From NCBI RefSeq assembly GCF_001677475.2, contig NZ_CP015229.1: 64,000 nt of DNA; one strand, given 5' to 3'. The DNA is from Escherichia coli. GTDB lineage: Bacteria; Pseudomonadota; Gammaproteobacteria; Enterobacterales; Enterobacteriaceae. The notes beneath the pieces are model-generated. The model worked only from the letters and a program-made list of their open reading frames with translations. It was not told the origin of the DNA and made no database searches. Each line of letters starts with the position of its first letter. Position 1 is the stretch's first letter. Positions 18,367-28,154 of this stretch are shown piece after piece. Made by a program: the position numbers and the translations under genes.

Positions 18367-18409
18367 TTAACTTTTGGTTATTGACTAATGCTAACCAACA
18401 GTTAATAAT
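18367..18409 (+). promoter_or_regulatory. Candidate pL with operator half-sites (OL)
   Basis: TTGACT(18381-18386)-17bp-AATAAT(18404-18409); operator-like TTAAC-N5-GTTAT (18367-18381) and TAAC-N5-GTTA (18392-18404). Confidence 0.4.
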
Positions 18410-18445
18410 CATTTCACCAACAGGTCACCGATAACAACGCGGCCC

Positions 18446-18473
18446 CAATTGGAAAGCTCTTTAAACAACGTCG
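18446..18473 (+). promoter_or_regulatory. Candidate nutL (boxA + boxB hairpin)
   Basis: GCTCTTTAA (boxA-like) followed 5 nt later by GTCGA-acac-TCGAC hairpin, between putative pL and N-like gene. Confidence 0.35.
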
Positions 18474-18599
18474 AACACTCGACTACGTGGCTGCAAAGCC
18501 AGATCGCCCAACCGCATAAGCTGTCGGGTGCAATGCCGAAGCAATCATCTCAGGGGAGGCTTCGAGATTGCATCGCCAAAGTTTATTCGGGAGAAATCT

Positions 18600-18872
18600 A
18601 TGTCCAGAAAAACAGAATTTAAAGGCACCGCAGCTTCCCGCCGCAGAGCACGCAGGGCCGAGCTTCAGGGTCTGGAGGCATCAAGCGCTGATAAACTGCA
18701 CCGCCCCACACCTTCACGGGTGTACTTACAGTGCAAACGCAAAGCCGCAATGCGAGCTGAAGTAGTCACGATAACGACATTAACCAGAAAATATGAAGGC
18801 TCTACTTGTCTTCCAAACACTGCACTTTACGCAGCTGGCTATCGCAAATCAGGAACAATAACAGCGAGGTGA
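18600..18872 (+). CDS. N-like antiterminator with arginine-rich motif
   Basis: 90-aa ORF; N-terminal TAASRRRARRAELQGLE resembles lambda N ARM (QTRRRERRAEKQAQW); first gene right of cI. Confidence 0.55.
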   Translation: MSRKTEFKGTAASRRRARRAELQGLEASSADKLHRPTPSRVYLQCKRKAAMRAEVVTITTLTRKYEGSTCLPNTALYAAGYRKSGTITAR

Positions 18873-18875
18873 TTG

Positions 18876-19589
18876 ATGACCACGCCTTCAGTTTTGCCGC
18901 AAAAATTATGGCGTCCGCTTGCAGAGATTAAAAACTTCGTTGAAAAAATGCCTGATGGTGTTCGCCTTACGGAGGTTACAAAAAAAGTTAAGACGTTTGC
19001 CGAACTGTCAGGAAAAGAGAGAAACCAGCTCATCGATTTTATCGATAAACGGGAAAGCATCATTGTATTTAAGGTCAGAAAAGAAGGTTCTGGTAACGGA
19101 GTAACCTTTTTCCGCCACAAAAAATATGGATATCCCAAACGGGAAGGAAACGTCACAATCATTAAGGACCTTCAATCAAAATTATGTACCAAATGCGGGC
19201 AGACAAAATCAGTCAATGATTTTTATTCAGATGCCAGCAAGCGTGACGGGAGAGCCATTTATTGCAAGAAGTGCGAATCTGCAATGAAACGCTCACGCAG
19301 AGAATGCAACAAATTAATTCTGCAACAACAGGAACCTGAAATGAATAACCTCAAAGCAGTATCACCTTCACCAGAAACACTCAGAAAACAGGCTGAAGAA
19401 TTGCTGAAAGCCGCCGAAATTGCGGAGAAAAAACGCCAGGAAGATGATGTATTCAACAAAAAACTTGCGCCCTTAAAACTTGAAATTCTTCAGGCCGCCG
19501 GAAAAATGCAGCTTAAACTGGACGAATTCATCGACTGTATGGATGAAATGAATAAAGCAGTTCAGAAGCTTAAAGAGCTGACCGCCTGA
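18876..19589 (+). CDS. Hypothetical protein with Cys4 zinc-ribbon and C-terminal coiled coil (237 aa)
   Basis: CTKCGQ...CKKCES; GAGGTG upstream of ATG; follows N stop directly. Confidence 0.5.
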   Translation: MTTPSVLPQKLWRPLAEIKNFVEKMPDGVRLTEVTKKVKTFAELSGKERNQLIDFIDKRESIIVFKVRKEGSGNGVTFFRHKKYGYPKREGNVTIIKDLQSKLCTKCGQTKSVNDFYSDASKRDGRAIYCKKCESAMKRSRRECNKLILQQQEPEMNNLKAVSPSPETLRKQAEELLKAAEIAEKKRQEDDVFNKKLAPLKLEILQAAGKMQLKLDEFIDCMDEMNKAVQKLKELTA

Positions 19590-19620
19590 TATTAATAAAT
19601 TGCAACTACCGGAGTTAACT

Positions 19621-19977
19621 ATGAACGAAACAGAACTGAAGCACATTATCGCCCTGCTTCTGGAAGATGCCAGACAGGTTTATCGACTTAGCCCAAACTC
19701 CGCAACGCAGGAACGCATCCGGATGGCAGAAAAAGCGCTGAAACAGGAGAGTGAAAATAACATATCCGAAGTTAGCGCGAATGGTGAAAATGAAGCAATA
19801 GAAATAAACAGCAATATCAGCGACGGCGTAATAGCTTCATCCCACAAGACAATTCTCATGGGCGCACGACTTCTGGAGGTGATTACGAGTGAGCTTGAAA
19901 AGAACGGCATCAAGCCCACCCCTTGTTATTTAGAGTGTGTGTTAAATGTTATTGCTTACTCGATGTTCCGTCGGTGA
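19621..19977 (+). CDS. Hypothetical protein (~118 aa)
   Basis: ORF; start taken at MNETELKH. Confidence 0.45.
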   Translation: MNETELKHIIALLLEDARQVYRLSPNSATQERIRMAEKALKQESENNISEVSANGENEAIEINSNISDGVIASSHKTILMGARLLEVITSELEKNGIKPTPCYLECVLNVIAYSMFRR

Positions 19978-20090
19978 CAGATGAAAGTTTTCGATCAAGG
20001 AATGTTTCAAGTGCATCGTAAATAATGGAAATCGCCCCAGACGCCTGAGTAACACCCCCGCAGCAACATCCATGTATCAATATCCTCTTT

Positions 20091-20132
20091 GGCGGACATC
20101 GGTTTGCCGATTACTGATGTCCGCCCTTTTTT
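20091..20132 (+). terminator. Intrinsic terminator inside accessory block
   Basis: Hairpin GGCGGACATC-15nt-GATGTCCGCC followed by CTTTTTT. Confidence 0.5.
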
Positions 20133-20290
20133 AAAGTGAATTTTATGATGCGGTGAATGCGGCTATGCGCACGCGGAACAGTTAAACCGACAGGATGTCA
20201 CGGAAAATCATCATCCCCTGCTCCGGCGTTAATTGTTAACTGGTTAACGTCACCTGGAGGCACCAGGCACCGCATCAACAAAGTTCATTT

Positions 20291-20530
20291 GTGAAAATGG
20301 AGATAATTATGATTGCTCATCACTTCGGAACTGATGAAATACCACGTCAGTGCGTGACACCTGGCGATTATGTTCTTCATGAAGGCCGCACATATATCGC
20401 TTCAGCAAACAATATTGAAAAGAGAAAGCTCTATATTCGTAGCCTGACTACAAAAACATGCATTACCAACTGCATGATTAAAGTATTCATCGGGCGCGAT
20501 GGCTTACCCGTAAAAGCAGAGTCGTTGTGA
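20291..20530 (+). CDS. Hypothetical protein (79 aa)
   Basis: ORF downstream of internal terminator; start uncertain. Confidence 0.35.
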   Translation: MKMEIIMIAHHFGTDEIPRQCVTPGDYVLHEGRTYIASANNIEKRKLYIRSLTTKTCITNCMIKVFIGRDGLPVKAESL

Positions 20531-20615
20531 CGAGCAATTAAAATACACCTTCCATATCTGTAACAGACAAGCCGAAATAAAAACCGCATTAATTATCAAT
20601 CACGGAAAAATCAAA

Positions 20616-21002
20616 ATGAAAGAACTTGCGCAAAATGAAATATTTTCCGAAACCAGTCCTGATGCAATAAATGAACTCAAAGAAATTGCAGAACGCATCA
20701 GTAAAATATGCAAAGAATACCAAATCGACTTTGTATTTTCTTTTTCAGTACTTACAGAGGTTGGAAATAACGAATATAAGGACAGTCGTTTTGTTTTATG
20801 TGGGTTAAATGGCAAAACACCAAGCCCATATATTCATGCTGCACGTGAAGTCGTCAGAAGCAACATTGGAGCACAACAAATCCATACACTGGCGCAGGCT
20901 CTTGAGTTTGCAAGAGAAAATTCTGAGTGCGACTGCCCTGAATGCCAGCACGAAAAGGAAAAAACAACTCACAAAACAGCAAACCAGGCAACCTTCCACT
21001 GA
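20616..21002 (+). CDS. Hypothetical protein with C-terminal Cys cluster (128 aa)
   Basis: ORF ending SECDCPECQHEKE. Confidence 0.45.
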   Translation: MKELAQNEIFSETSPDAINELKEIAERISKICKEYQIDFVFSFSVLTEVGNNEYKDSRFVLCGLNGKTPSPYIHAAREVVRSNIGAQQIHTLAQALEFARENSECDCPECQHEKEKTTHKTANQATFH

Positions 21003-21109
21003 AATAAAAATCCGGCAGCGCAGGCTACCGGATTTCTCCCTGCGTCACCGTATTCGGAGAAATCAGACAAAGGGCCGCTAATTCTAATCCAGCCAGAGGT
21101 TTAAATACA

Positions 21110-23179
21110 ATGAGCGCTGATAAACAGACTTTTGCACTACACTGCGAAGCAAAAAACGATAAAGTCAGAAAACGCCTTAGCATCAAAGGCGGTTTTTTCT
21201 GGACCGAGGCCAGAAAACTTTCTGTCGCAGTTTCCCGCTGCATTGCAGCCATGGACGATGCAGGCTACGACGAGGATGATTTCAAAAAACCCGTTCGCGT
21301 AAATTTCCCCGTCGTGAATGACCTTCCACCGGAAGGCGTGTTTGATACTGAATTCTGCAACCGCTATGAAAAAGGCGGTAACGATGGCATCACCATGATG
21401 GCTATCCCCTTCGATGACAACATCAACGGTGAAGATGCTACAACTGCTGGCGATGACAACGATAACCTGGACGGAACTATTCCGGATGATGTGGAGAAAA
21501 GCGAATCCCCGGACAGCGACGATGACTGTTCTGAGTGTGAAATTCCCGTCGCCACTCTGAGCCTTACTCATCGCTTCCTTCACCTCTTCTTCTTCAGCAA
21601 GGATGAAGATGGAAAATACCGGCATCACGCCACACCAGAACAACGTAATCAGGTGATTCGTCTGGAGATGGACACAGAAGACAGTTACCTTCAGAGCCTG
21701 CTTACTGCTGTGCGTTCACATCCAGAACTGGATAAGCTGACGAATTATCATCTGGGAAGACTGGCACAATCCGTTGGAAAGGCATTCTCTCACTCAACAA
21801 CCCGTCATATCAGCCCGGCCGAATTCGACAAGTTCATCTCCACCTGGATGAAAACAGACTATGTGGATCAGGGATTGCTGGCAAAAGAATGGCAGAAAGG
21901 AAATTGTGTTACAGGCATCACCCGTACGCCTTCCGGTGCTAACGCTGGCGGCGGAAATCTTACCGATCGTGGCGAAGGCTTTACCCACAATCAGGCATCA
22001 CTGGCGCGAGACATTGCCACTGGCGTTCTGGCCCGTTCAATGGATGTGGATATTTATAACCTGCACCCTGCACATGCAAAACGCGTTGAAGAAATCGTTG
22101 CAGAGAATAAACCGCCCTTTTCTGTTTTCCGTGACAAATTCATCGCCATGCCCGGTGGGCTGGATTATTCCCGCGCCATTGTGGTGGCTTCCGTGAAAGA
22201 AGCACCAATCGGCATTGAGGCTATCCCGGCGCGCGTGACTGAATATCTCAACAAAGTGTTGACCGAAACCGATCACGCTAACCCGGATCCGGAAATCGTA
22301 GAAATTGCCTGCGGTCGCTCATCAGCCCCGATGCCGCAGCGCGGAACAGCAGAAGAGATACATGACGATGAAGAAAAGCAGCAAACATCGGACGCAATGT
22401 CTAATGAACAGGCAGCGCCTGAATCAGTGGAAGAAATTCCAGTTAAACATAATGCGGACACGCAATCACTGGAAAATGTCTCATCTGTAGAAACGAAATA
22501 CCAGGAACTGAGAGCAGAACTCCATGAAGCCAGGAAAAACATTTCGCCCAAAAATCCTGTCGATGCAGACAAATTGCTGGCTGCCTCTCGTGGGGAGTTC
22601 GTTGAAGGTATCAGCGACCCAACCGACCCGAAGTGGGTGAAGGGGATCCAGACTCGCGACACTGAGGACCAGAATCAATCCAAAGTGGAACAAAATGAGC
22701 CAGAAGCAGAACAAAACAGCCCGGATACGCAACAAAACGGACCGGAAGAGCAACAGCCAGGGCCAGTAATGCAACAGGAAGTGGAAAAGGTTTGCACCGC
22801 ATGCGGTCAGAACGGTGGCGGGCATTGCCCTGACTGTGGTCCAGTAATGGGAGATGAAACTTACGCTGAAACTTTTGGAGAAAATGACACCGCTGCTGGA
22901 GATGACCAGGCACAAATGAAGAATGAATACATTCAGAAAAATGCTGTTGATACAACTCAGGAACACGATTCGGTTGTTCACATCGATCCAGATAGTGATG
23001 CTTCTGACAATAATGATGATTCAGAGCAAGCAGATTTCGACTGGAAAAGGCAACTCGTGCTTGCAGCCGTCTATGGTTTGTGCGCAAACCCTGCATGCGT
23101 CGCAACAGCGCCAGCAATCCCTGATATCGCAATCATGATTGCCAACAGGCTTGAAAATTTTGGAGGTGATAAATCATGA
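21110..23179 (+). CDS. Large highly acidic protein of unknown function (689 aa) with C-terminal Cys4 motif
   Basis: Multiple D/E-rich tracts ([50 protein letters not shown]), [16 protein letters not shown]; stop overlaps gam start. Confidence 0.6.
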   Translation: MSADKQTFALHCEAKNDKVRKRLSIKGGFFWTEARKLSVAVSRCIAAMDDAGYDEDDFKKPVRVNFPVVNDLPPEGVFDTEFCNRYEKGGNDGITMMAIPFDDNINGEDATTAGDDNDNLDGTIPDDVEKSESPDSDDDCSECEIPVATLSLTHRFLHLFFFSKDEDGKYRHHATPEQRNQVIRLEMDTEDSYLQSLLTAVRSHPELDKLTNYHLGRLAQSVGKAFSHSTTRHISPAEFDKFISTWMKTDYVDQGLLAKEWQKGNCVTGITRTPSGANAGGGNLTDRGEGFTHNQASLARDIATGVLARSMDVDIYNLHPAHAKRVEEIVAENKPPFSVFRDKFIAMPGGLDYSRAIVVASVKEAPIGIEAIPARVTEYLNKVLTETDHANPDPEIVEIACGRSSAPMPQRGTAEEIHDDEEKQQTSDAMSNEQAAPESVEEIPVKHNADTQSLENVSSVETKYQELRAELHEARKNISPKNPVDADKLLAASRGEFVEGISDPTDPKWVKGIQTRDTEDQNQSKVEQNEPEAEQNSPDTQQNGPEEQQPGPVMQQEVEKVCTACGQNGGGHCPDCGPVMGDETYAETFGENDTAAGDDQAQMKNEYIQKNAVDTTQEHDSVVHIDPDSDASDNNDDSEQADFDWKRQLVLAAVYGLCANPACVATAPAIPDIAIMIANRLENFGGDKS

Positions 23180-23472
23180 ATGCCTGGCTTATCCCCGATC
23201 GCATTGAAGAGCAGTCATGGGCACGACACTACCGGCAAATTGCCCGTGAGGAAAACGAGACTGAACTGGCGGACGACCTGGAAAAAGGTCTGCCCCAGCA
23301 CCTGTTTGAATCGCTGTGCATCGATAATCTGCAACGTCATGGAGCCAGCAAAAAAGCCATTGCCCGTGCATTTGATGACGATGTCGATTTTCAGGAACGC
23401 ATGGCAGAACACATCCGGTACATGGTTGAAACCATTGCCCGCCACCAGATTTATATTGATTCAGAGGTATAA
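23176..23472 (+). CDS. gam: Gam (RecBCD inhibitor)
   Basis: 98-aa product near-identical to recalled lambda Gam C-terminal 98 aa (EAQSWARHY...[12 protein letters not shown]...MVETIA). Confidence 0.9.
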   Translation: MNAWLIPDRIEEQSWARHYRQIAREENETELADDLEKGLPQHLFESLCIDNLQRHGASKKAIARAFDDDVDFQERMAEHIRYMVETIARHQIYIDSEV

Positions 23473-23477
23473 ACCAG

Positions 23478-24263
23478 ATGAGTACAGCTCTCGCAACGCT
23501 GGCAGGGAAGCTGGCTGAACGTGTCGGCATGGATTCTGTCGACCCACAGGAACTGATCACCACTCTTCGCCAGACTGCATTTAAAGGTGATGCCAGCGAT
23601 GCGCAGTTCATCGCATTGCTGATCGTTGCCAACCAGTACGGCCTTAATCCATGGACGAAAGAAATTTACGCCTTCCCTGATAAGCAGAACGGCATCGTTC
23701 CGGTGGTGGGCGTTGATGGCTGGTCCCGCATTATCAACGAAAACCAGCAGTTTGATGGCATGGACTTTGAGCAGGACGATGAATCCTGTACATGTCGGAT
23801 TTACCGCAAAGACCGTAATCATCCGATCTGTGTTACCGAATGGATGGATGAATGCCGCCGCGCACCATTCAAAACCCGCGAAGGCAGAGAAATCACGGGG
23901 CCCTGGCAGTCGCATCCCAAACGGATGTTACGGCATAAAGCCATGATTCAGTGTGCCCGTCTGGCCTTCGGATTTGCTGGTATCTATGACAAGGATGAAG
24001 CCGAACGCATTGTCGAAAATACCGCATATACTACAGAACGTCAGCCGGAACGCGACATCACCCCGGTTAACGAAGAGACCATGTCGGAAATTAACGCCCT
24101 TCTTACTTCCATGGAAAAAACGTGGGATGACGACCTCTTGCCGCTCTGTTCCCAGATATTTCGCCGCTACATTCGAGCGTCGTCAGAACTGTCCCAGGCC
24201 GAAGCAGAGAAGGTTCTTGGATTCCTGAAACAGAAAGCCACGGAGCAGAAGGTGGCAGCATGA
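23478..24263 (+). CDS. bet: Bet (Red-beta single-strand annealing protein)
   Basis: 261-aa product near-identical to recalled lambda Bet ([72 protein letters not shown]...). Confidence 0.92.
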   Translation: MSTALATLAGKLAERVGMDSVDPQELITTLRQTAFKGDASDAQFIALLIVANQYGLNPWTKEIYAFPDKQNGIVPVVGVDGWSRIINENQQFDGMDFEQDDESCTCRIYRKDRNHPICVTEWMDECRRAPFKTREGREITGPWQSHPKRMLRHKAMIQCARLAFGFAGIYDKDEAERIVENTAYTTERQPERDITPVNEETMSEINALLTSMEKTWDDDLLPLCSQIFRRYIRASSELSQAEAEKVLGFLKQKATEQKVAA

Positions 24264-24940
24264 CACCAGAAATTATCCTACAACGTACCGGGATCGACGT
24301 GAGAGGTGTCGAGCAGGGAGATTATGCATGGCAAAAATTACGGCTCGGGGTCATCACAGCTTCAGAAGTTCACAACGTGATAGCCAAACCCCGCTCCGGA
24401 AAGAAATGGCCTGACATGAAAATGTCCTACTTCCACACCCTGCTGGCTGAGGTCTGCACGGGTGTGGTCCCGGAAGTTAACGCCAAAGCCCTGGCATGGG
24501 GAAAACAGTACGAGAACGACGCCAGAGCCCTGTTTGAGTTTACTTCCGGCGTGAATGTTACTGAATCCCCGATCATCTATCGCGACGAAAGTATGCGTAC
24601 CGCCTGCTCTCCGGATGGATTATGCAGTGACGGCAACGGCCTTGAGCTGAAATGTCCGTTTACCTCCCGGGATTTCATGAAATTCCGGCTCGGTGGTTTC
24701 GAGGCCATAAAATCAGCTTACATGGCCCAGGTGCAATTCAGCATGTGGGTGACTCGAAAAGATGCCTGGTACTTCGCCAACTATGACCCGCGCATGAAGC
24801 GTGAAGGCCTGCATTATGTCGTGGTCGAGCGGGATGAAAAATACATGGCTGGTTTTGACGAGATGGTGCCGGAGTTCATCGAAAAAATGGACGAAGCACT
24901 GGCTGAAATTAGTTTTGTATTTGGGGAGCAATGGCGATAG
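24260..24940 (+). CDS. exo: Exo (lambda 5'-3' exonuclease)
   Basis: 226-aa product near-identical to recalled lambda Exo (...[33 protein letters not shown]...). Confidence 0.92.
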   Translation: MTPEIILQRTGIDVRGVEQGDYAWQKLRLGVITASEVHNVIAKPRSGKKWPDMKMSYFHTLLAEVCTGVVPEVNAKALAWGKQYENDARALFEFTSGVNVTESPIIYRDESMRTACSPDGLCSDGNGLELKCPFTSRDFMKFRLGGFEAIKSAYMAQVQFSMWVTRKDAWYFANYDPRMKREGLHYVVVERDEKYMAGFDEMVPEFIEKMDEALAEISFVFGEQWR

Positions 24941-24978
24941 CCGTAGCAACGAGGTGCAAATGATATGACAGTTAAGGA

Positions 24979-25239
24979 ATGCTACCGGTGTTCGTCCTGA
25001 TCCAGCGCGGGCAATCTTTCGTCGATGCCAACAACTATCCGGTGGAAATCTGCAAGGTAACTCTTACTCAGGTGATCTACCGAAGACTCGACGGCAGAAC
25101 CCGAGCCACTTCAATTGGTGCATTTAATGAAGAATTTGAGCGAGTCGACCACAACGAACTACACATGATTAAAGCGGAAATTGAGAAGGAAATGCATATT
25201 GCCAGCCTTCGAAAAATGCGACGTACATCAATCAACTGA
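24979..25239 (+). CDS. Hypothetical small protein
   Basis: ORF between exo and xis; start codon uncertain. Confidence 0.3.
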   Translation: MLPVFVLIQRGQSFVDANNYPVEICKVTLTQVIYRRLDGRTRATSIGAFNEEFERVDHNELHMIKAEIEKEMHIASLRKMRRTSIN

Positions 25240-25273
25240 CAACCGCCTTCGGGCGGTTTTTAATGGCAAAAAT

Positions 25274-25645
25274 ATGGATTCACACAGTATCACCCTCAAA
25301 GAGGCCTGTCAGTTTCTCAAGATATCAAGGCCAACAGCTGTTAACTGGATACGAACGGGCCGACTACAGGCAACACGAAAAAATTCTTCCGGTAAAAGAT
25401 CACCTTATCTCACAACCCGGCAAGCCTGCATTGCAGCACTTCATTCACCGCTGCATACTGTCCAGGTGAGCGCGGGTGATGGCATAACAGAGGAAAGAAA
25501 ATGTCACTCTTCCGCAGAGGTGAAATATGGTACGCCTCGTACTCGCTCCCGGGCGGGAAGCGAATTAAGGAGTCTCTTGGCACAAAGGACAAGCAGCAAG
25601 CTCAGGAGTTGCACGACAAGCGAAAAGCAGAACTCTGGCGAGTAG
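25274..25645 (+). CDS. xis: Excisionase-like HTH protein
   Basis: [31 protein letters not shown] matches Xis/AlpA-type HTH; directly upstream of and overlapping int; C-terminal extent uncertain. Confidence 0.5.
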   Translation: MDSHSITLKEACQFLKISRPTAVNWIRTGRLQATRKNSSGKRSPYLTTRQACIAALHSPLHTVQVSAGDGITEERKCHSSAEVKYGTPRTRSRAGSELRSLLAQRTSSKLRSCTTSEKQNSGE

Positions 25646-26664
25646 ACAGACTGGGGGATATGCCAGATGTCACTTTCGAAGAAGCCTGCCTGAGATGGCT
25701 TGAGGAAAAAGCCGACAAGAAATCCATCGATTCCGATAAATCCAGAATCGCATTCTGGATTGAGCATTTCGAGGGAATAAGGATTAAGGATATATCGGAG
25801 GCAATGATCTACTCAGTTATCAGCAAAGCGTATAACCGAAAAACAAAGGAGAGATGGAAGTTGCAGGTGGAGGCTGCATTAAGAAAAGGGAAAGAACCAC
25901 CAGCCTATATACCTAAATCGGTGAGCACGCAAACAAAAGCAACACACCTGGCAATGATCAAGGCTATTCTGCGCGCCGCAGAGCGAGACTGGAAATGGCT
26001 TGAAAAAGCACCTGTAATCAAAATACCTGCCGTAAAAAACAAACGCGTGAGATGGCTGGAAAAAGAAGAAGCCAGGAGACTCATTGATGCATGTTCTGAC
26101 CCCCTGAAATCTGTAGTTAAATTTGCATTGGCAACTGGCCTGAGGAGATCAAACATTATTAATCTGGAGTGGCAACAAATCGATATGCAGCGACGTGTTG
26201 CCTGGGTAAACCCTGAAGACAGTAAGTCAAACCGCGCTATTGGGGTCGCACTGAATGACACTGCCTGCAAGGTGTTGCGTGATCAAATAGGCAAACATCA
26301 CCGCTGGGTGTTTGTTTATACCACTGCTGCCAGAAGGCCTGACGGGACAATGACACCAAGCATCAGAAAGATGCGCCTGGACTATAACACATCGTGGTTA
26401 ACAGCATGTCGTCGGGCAGGAATTGAAAATTTCCGTTTTCATGACCTCCGCCATACCTGGGCCAGTTGGTTAATTCAGTCAGGTGTACCGCTGTCAGTAC
26501 TTCAGGAAATGGGCGGCTGGGAGTCTATCGAAATGGTGCGTAGGTACGCACACCTTGCACCTAATCATTTGACAGAGCACGCGAGGAAAATTGACGACAT
26601 ATTGGGTGACGATGTCCCAAATTTGTCCCACTCTGAGGTTTTTGAGGATGCAAAGAAAGCATAA
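25501..26664 (+). CDS. int: Tyrosine integrase
   Basis: 387-aa ORF with HDLRHTWAS...RRYAHL catalytic region; last phage gene before host junction. Confidence 0.85.
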   Translation: MSLFRRGEIWYASYSLPGGKRIKESLGTKDKQQAQELHDKRKAELWRVDRLGDMPDVTFEEACLRWLEEKADKKSIDSDKSRIAFWIEHFEGIRIKDISEAMIYSVISKAYNRKTKERWKLQVEAALRKGKEPPAYIPKSVSTQTKATHLAMIKAILRAAERDWKWLEKAPVIKIPAVKNKRVRWLEKEEARRLIDACSDPLKSVVKFALATGLRRSNIINLEWQQIDMQRRVAWVNPEDSKSNRAIGVALNDTACKVLRDQIGKHHRWVFVYTTAARRPDGTMTPSIRKMRLDYNTSWLTACRRAGIENFRFHDLRHTWASWLIQSGVPLSVLQEMGGWESIEMVRRYAHLAPNHLTEHARKIDDILGDDVPNLSHSEVFEDAKKA

Positions 26665-26701
26665 GCAATTGAATTAGAATGAGTTAAGCTCACGCTTTCA
26701 A

Positions 26702-27256
26702 GTGGTGAGCAACAACTTTAAAGATCTTGGCCCGGAAGTCAGTTTCCGCCGTATTTATGAATATGCTGGCGGCGACTGGCAGGAAGATAATGGCGTCTGG
26801 CACCAGAACGTGTTCGCTTATTATCTCTCCATCTCCTGTAACCATTGCGATGACCCCGCATGTACAAAAGTCTGCCCCAGCGGCGCAATGCATAAGCGTG
26901 AAGATGGCTTTGTGGTGGTTGATGAAGATGTTTGTATCGGCTGCCGCTACTGCCACATGGCTTGTCCGTACGGCGCGCCACAGTACAATGCTGAAAAAGG
27001 GCACATGACGAAGTGCGATGGTTGTTATTCGCGCGTCGCCGAGGGGAAACAACCCATATGTGTCGAATCCTGCCCGCTGCGTGCACTTGAGTTCGGTCCA
27101 ATTGAAGAGCTGCGCCAGAAGCACGGCACTCTGGCTGCCGTTGCGCCACTGCCGCGCGCGCATTTCACAAAACCCAATATCGTTATCAAACCTAACGCCA
27201 ACAGCCGCCCGACCGGCGATACCACTGGTTATCTGGCTAACCCGGAGGAAGTGTAA
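26702..27256 (+). pseudogene. ynfG: ynfG 3' fragment (DmsB-like Fe-S subunit), 5'-truncated at prophage junction
   Basis: In-frame C-terminal ~180 aa of a DmsB-type ferredoxin (CNHCDDPAC..., CIGCRYCHMACP) with no upstream N-terminal Cys cluster; frame opens just after int. Confidence 0.6.
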
Positions 27257-27257
27257 A

Positions 27258-28112
27258 ATGGGAAATGGATGGCATGAATGGCCACTGGTTATCTTTACCG
27301 TATTGGGTCAATGCGTAGTAGGCGCGCTGATTGTTAGCGGAATTGGCTGGTTCGCCGCCAATAATGACGCAGACCGTCAGCGTATTGTCCGTGGCATGTT
27401 TTTCCTCTGGCTGTTGATGGGCATCGGGTTTATTGCCTCTATCATGCACCTGGGATCCCCACTGCGGGCGTTTAACTCGCTGAATCGAATCGGAGCTTCT
27501 GGTCTGAGTAACGAGATTGCTGCCGGTTCCATATTTTTTGCCGTTGGCGGATTATGGTGGCTGGTGGCAGTCATCGGTAAAATGCCGCAAGCGTTGGGGA
27601 AACTCTGGTTACTTGTCAGCATGGCGCTCGGCGTCATTTTCGTCTGGATGATGACCTGCGTGTATCAAATCGACACAGTGCCAACCTGGCATAACGGTTA
27701 CACTACGCTGGCTTTCTTCCTGACAGTATTGTTGAGCGGTCCAATACTTGCTGCCACAATTCTGCGGGCAGCCCGCGTTACATTTAATACCACACCATTT
27801 GCCATCATTAGCGTTCTGGCGCTGATCGCTTGTGCCGGGGTGATTGTGCTGCAAGGTTTGTCTCTGGCGTCTATTCACTCATCCGTACAACAAGCCAGCG
27901 CACTGGTACCAGATTATGCCTCCTTACAGGTCTGGCGTGTGGTATTGTTATGCGCAGGTCTAGGATGCTGGCTTTGTCCGCTCATTCGTCGCCGTGAACC
28001 TCACGTTGCCGGACTTGTTCTGGGGCTAATCCTCATACTTGGCGGTGAGATGATCGGGCGTGTGCTCTTTTATGGCCTGCACATGACGGTAGGAATGGCT
28101 ATTGCAGGTTAA
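27258..28112 (+). CDS. ynfH: DMSO-reductase-type membrane anchor subunit YnfH
   Basis: 284-aa polytopic membrane ORF starting MGNGWHEWPLVIF, start abuts ynfG stop. Confidence 0.85.
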   Translation: MGNGWHEWPLVIFTVLGQCVVGALIVSGIGWFAANNDADRQRIVRGMFFLWLLMGIGFIASIMHLGSPLRAFNSLNRIGASGLSNEIAAGSIFFAVGGLWWLVAVIGKMPQALGKLWLLVSMALGVIFVWMMTCVYQIDTVPTWHNGYTTLAFFLTVLLSGPILAATILRAARVTFNTTPFAIISVLALIACAGVIVLQGLSLASIHSSVQQASALVPDYASLQVWRVVLLCAGLGCWLCPLIRRREPHVAGLVLGLILILGGEMIGRVLFYGLHMTVGMAIAG

Positions 28113-28154
28113 CAAATTGGTGCGGGGCAACCCGCACATTTCAGGATGTTAGGA

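Larger units (their letters stand above)
1..26700. mobile_element. Mosaic lambdoid prophage, partial (continues left of window); right end at integrase/ynfG junction
   Basis: Contiguous lambda-like gene order on minus strand (lysis, Q, nin, O/DnaC-like, cII, cro) with divergent cI, N-like, gam-bet-exo, xis, int; abrupt switch to core genes after 26,700. Confidence 0.85.

Noticed and set aside
18204-18599. rexAB-like exclusion genes next to cI
   Set aside because: The interval is ~400 bp with no ORF of useful length; it holds a terminator, a promoter candidate and a nut-like site instead.
21137-22276. Minus-strand ORFs of 60-170 aa within 21110-23179
   Set aside because: Antisense shadow ORFs inside the 689-aa reading frame.
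25263-25469. 68-aa ORF overlapping the excisionase frame
   Set aside because: Alternative frame of the region encoding the Xis-type HTH, which has the better family match.
1-26700. Identification of the prophage as Rac, Qin, DLP12 or lambda
   Set aside because: The modules are mosaic (lambda-like Red genes, 21-like lysis, QuuD-like Q) and the insertion site next to ynfG matches none of those elements as I recall them; it cannot be named without a database search.
26727-27149. Alternative-frame ORFs overlapping the ynfG fragment
   Set aside because: The plus-strand frame carrying ferredoxin Cys motifs is clearly the real one.
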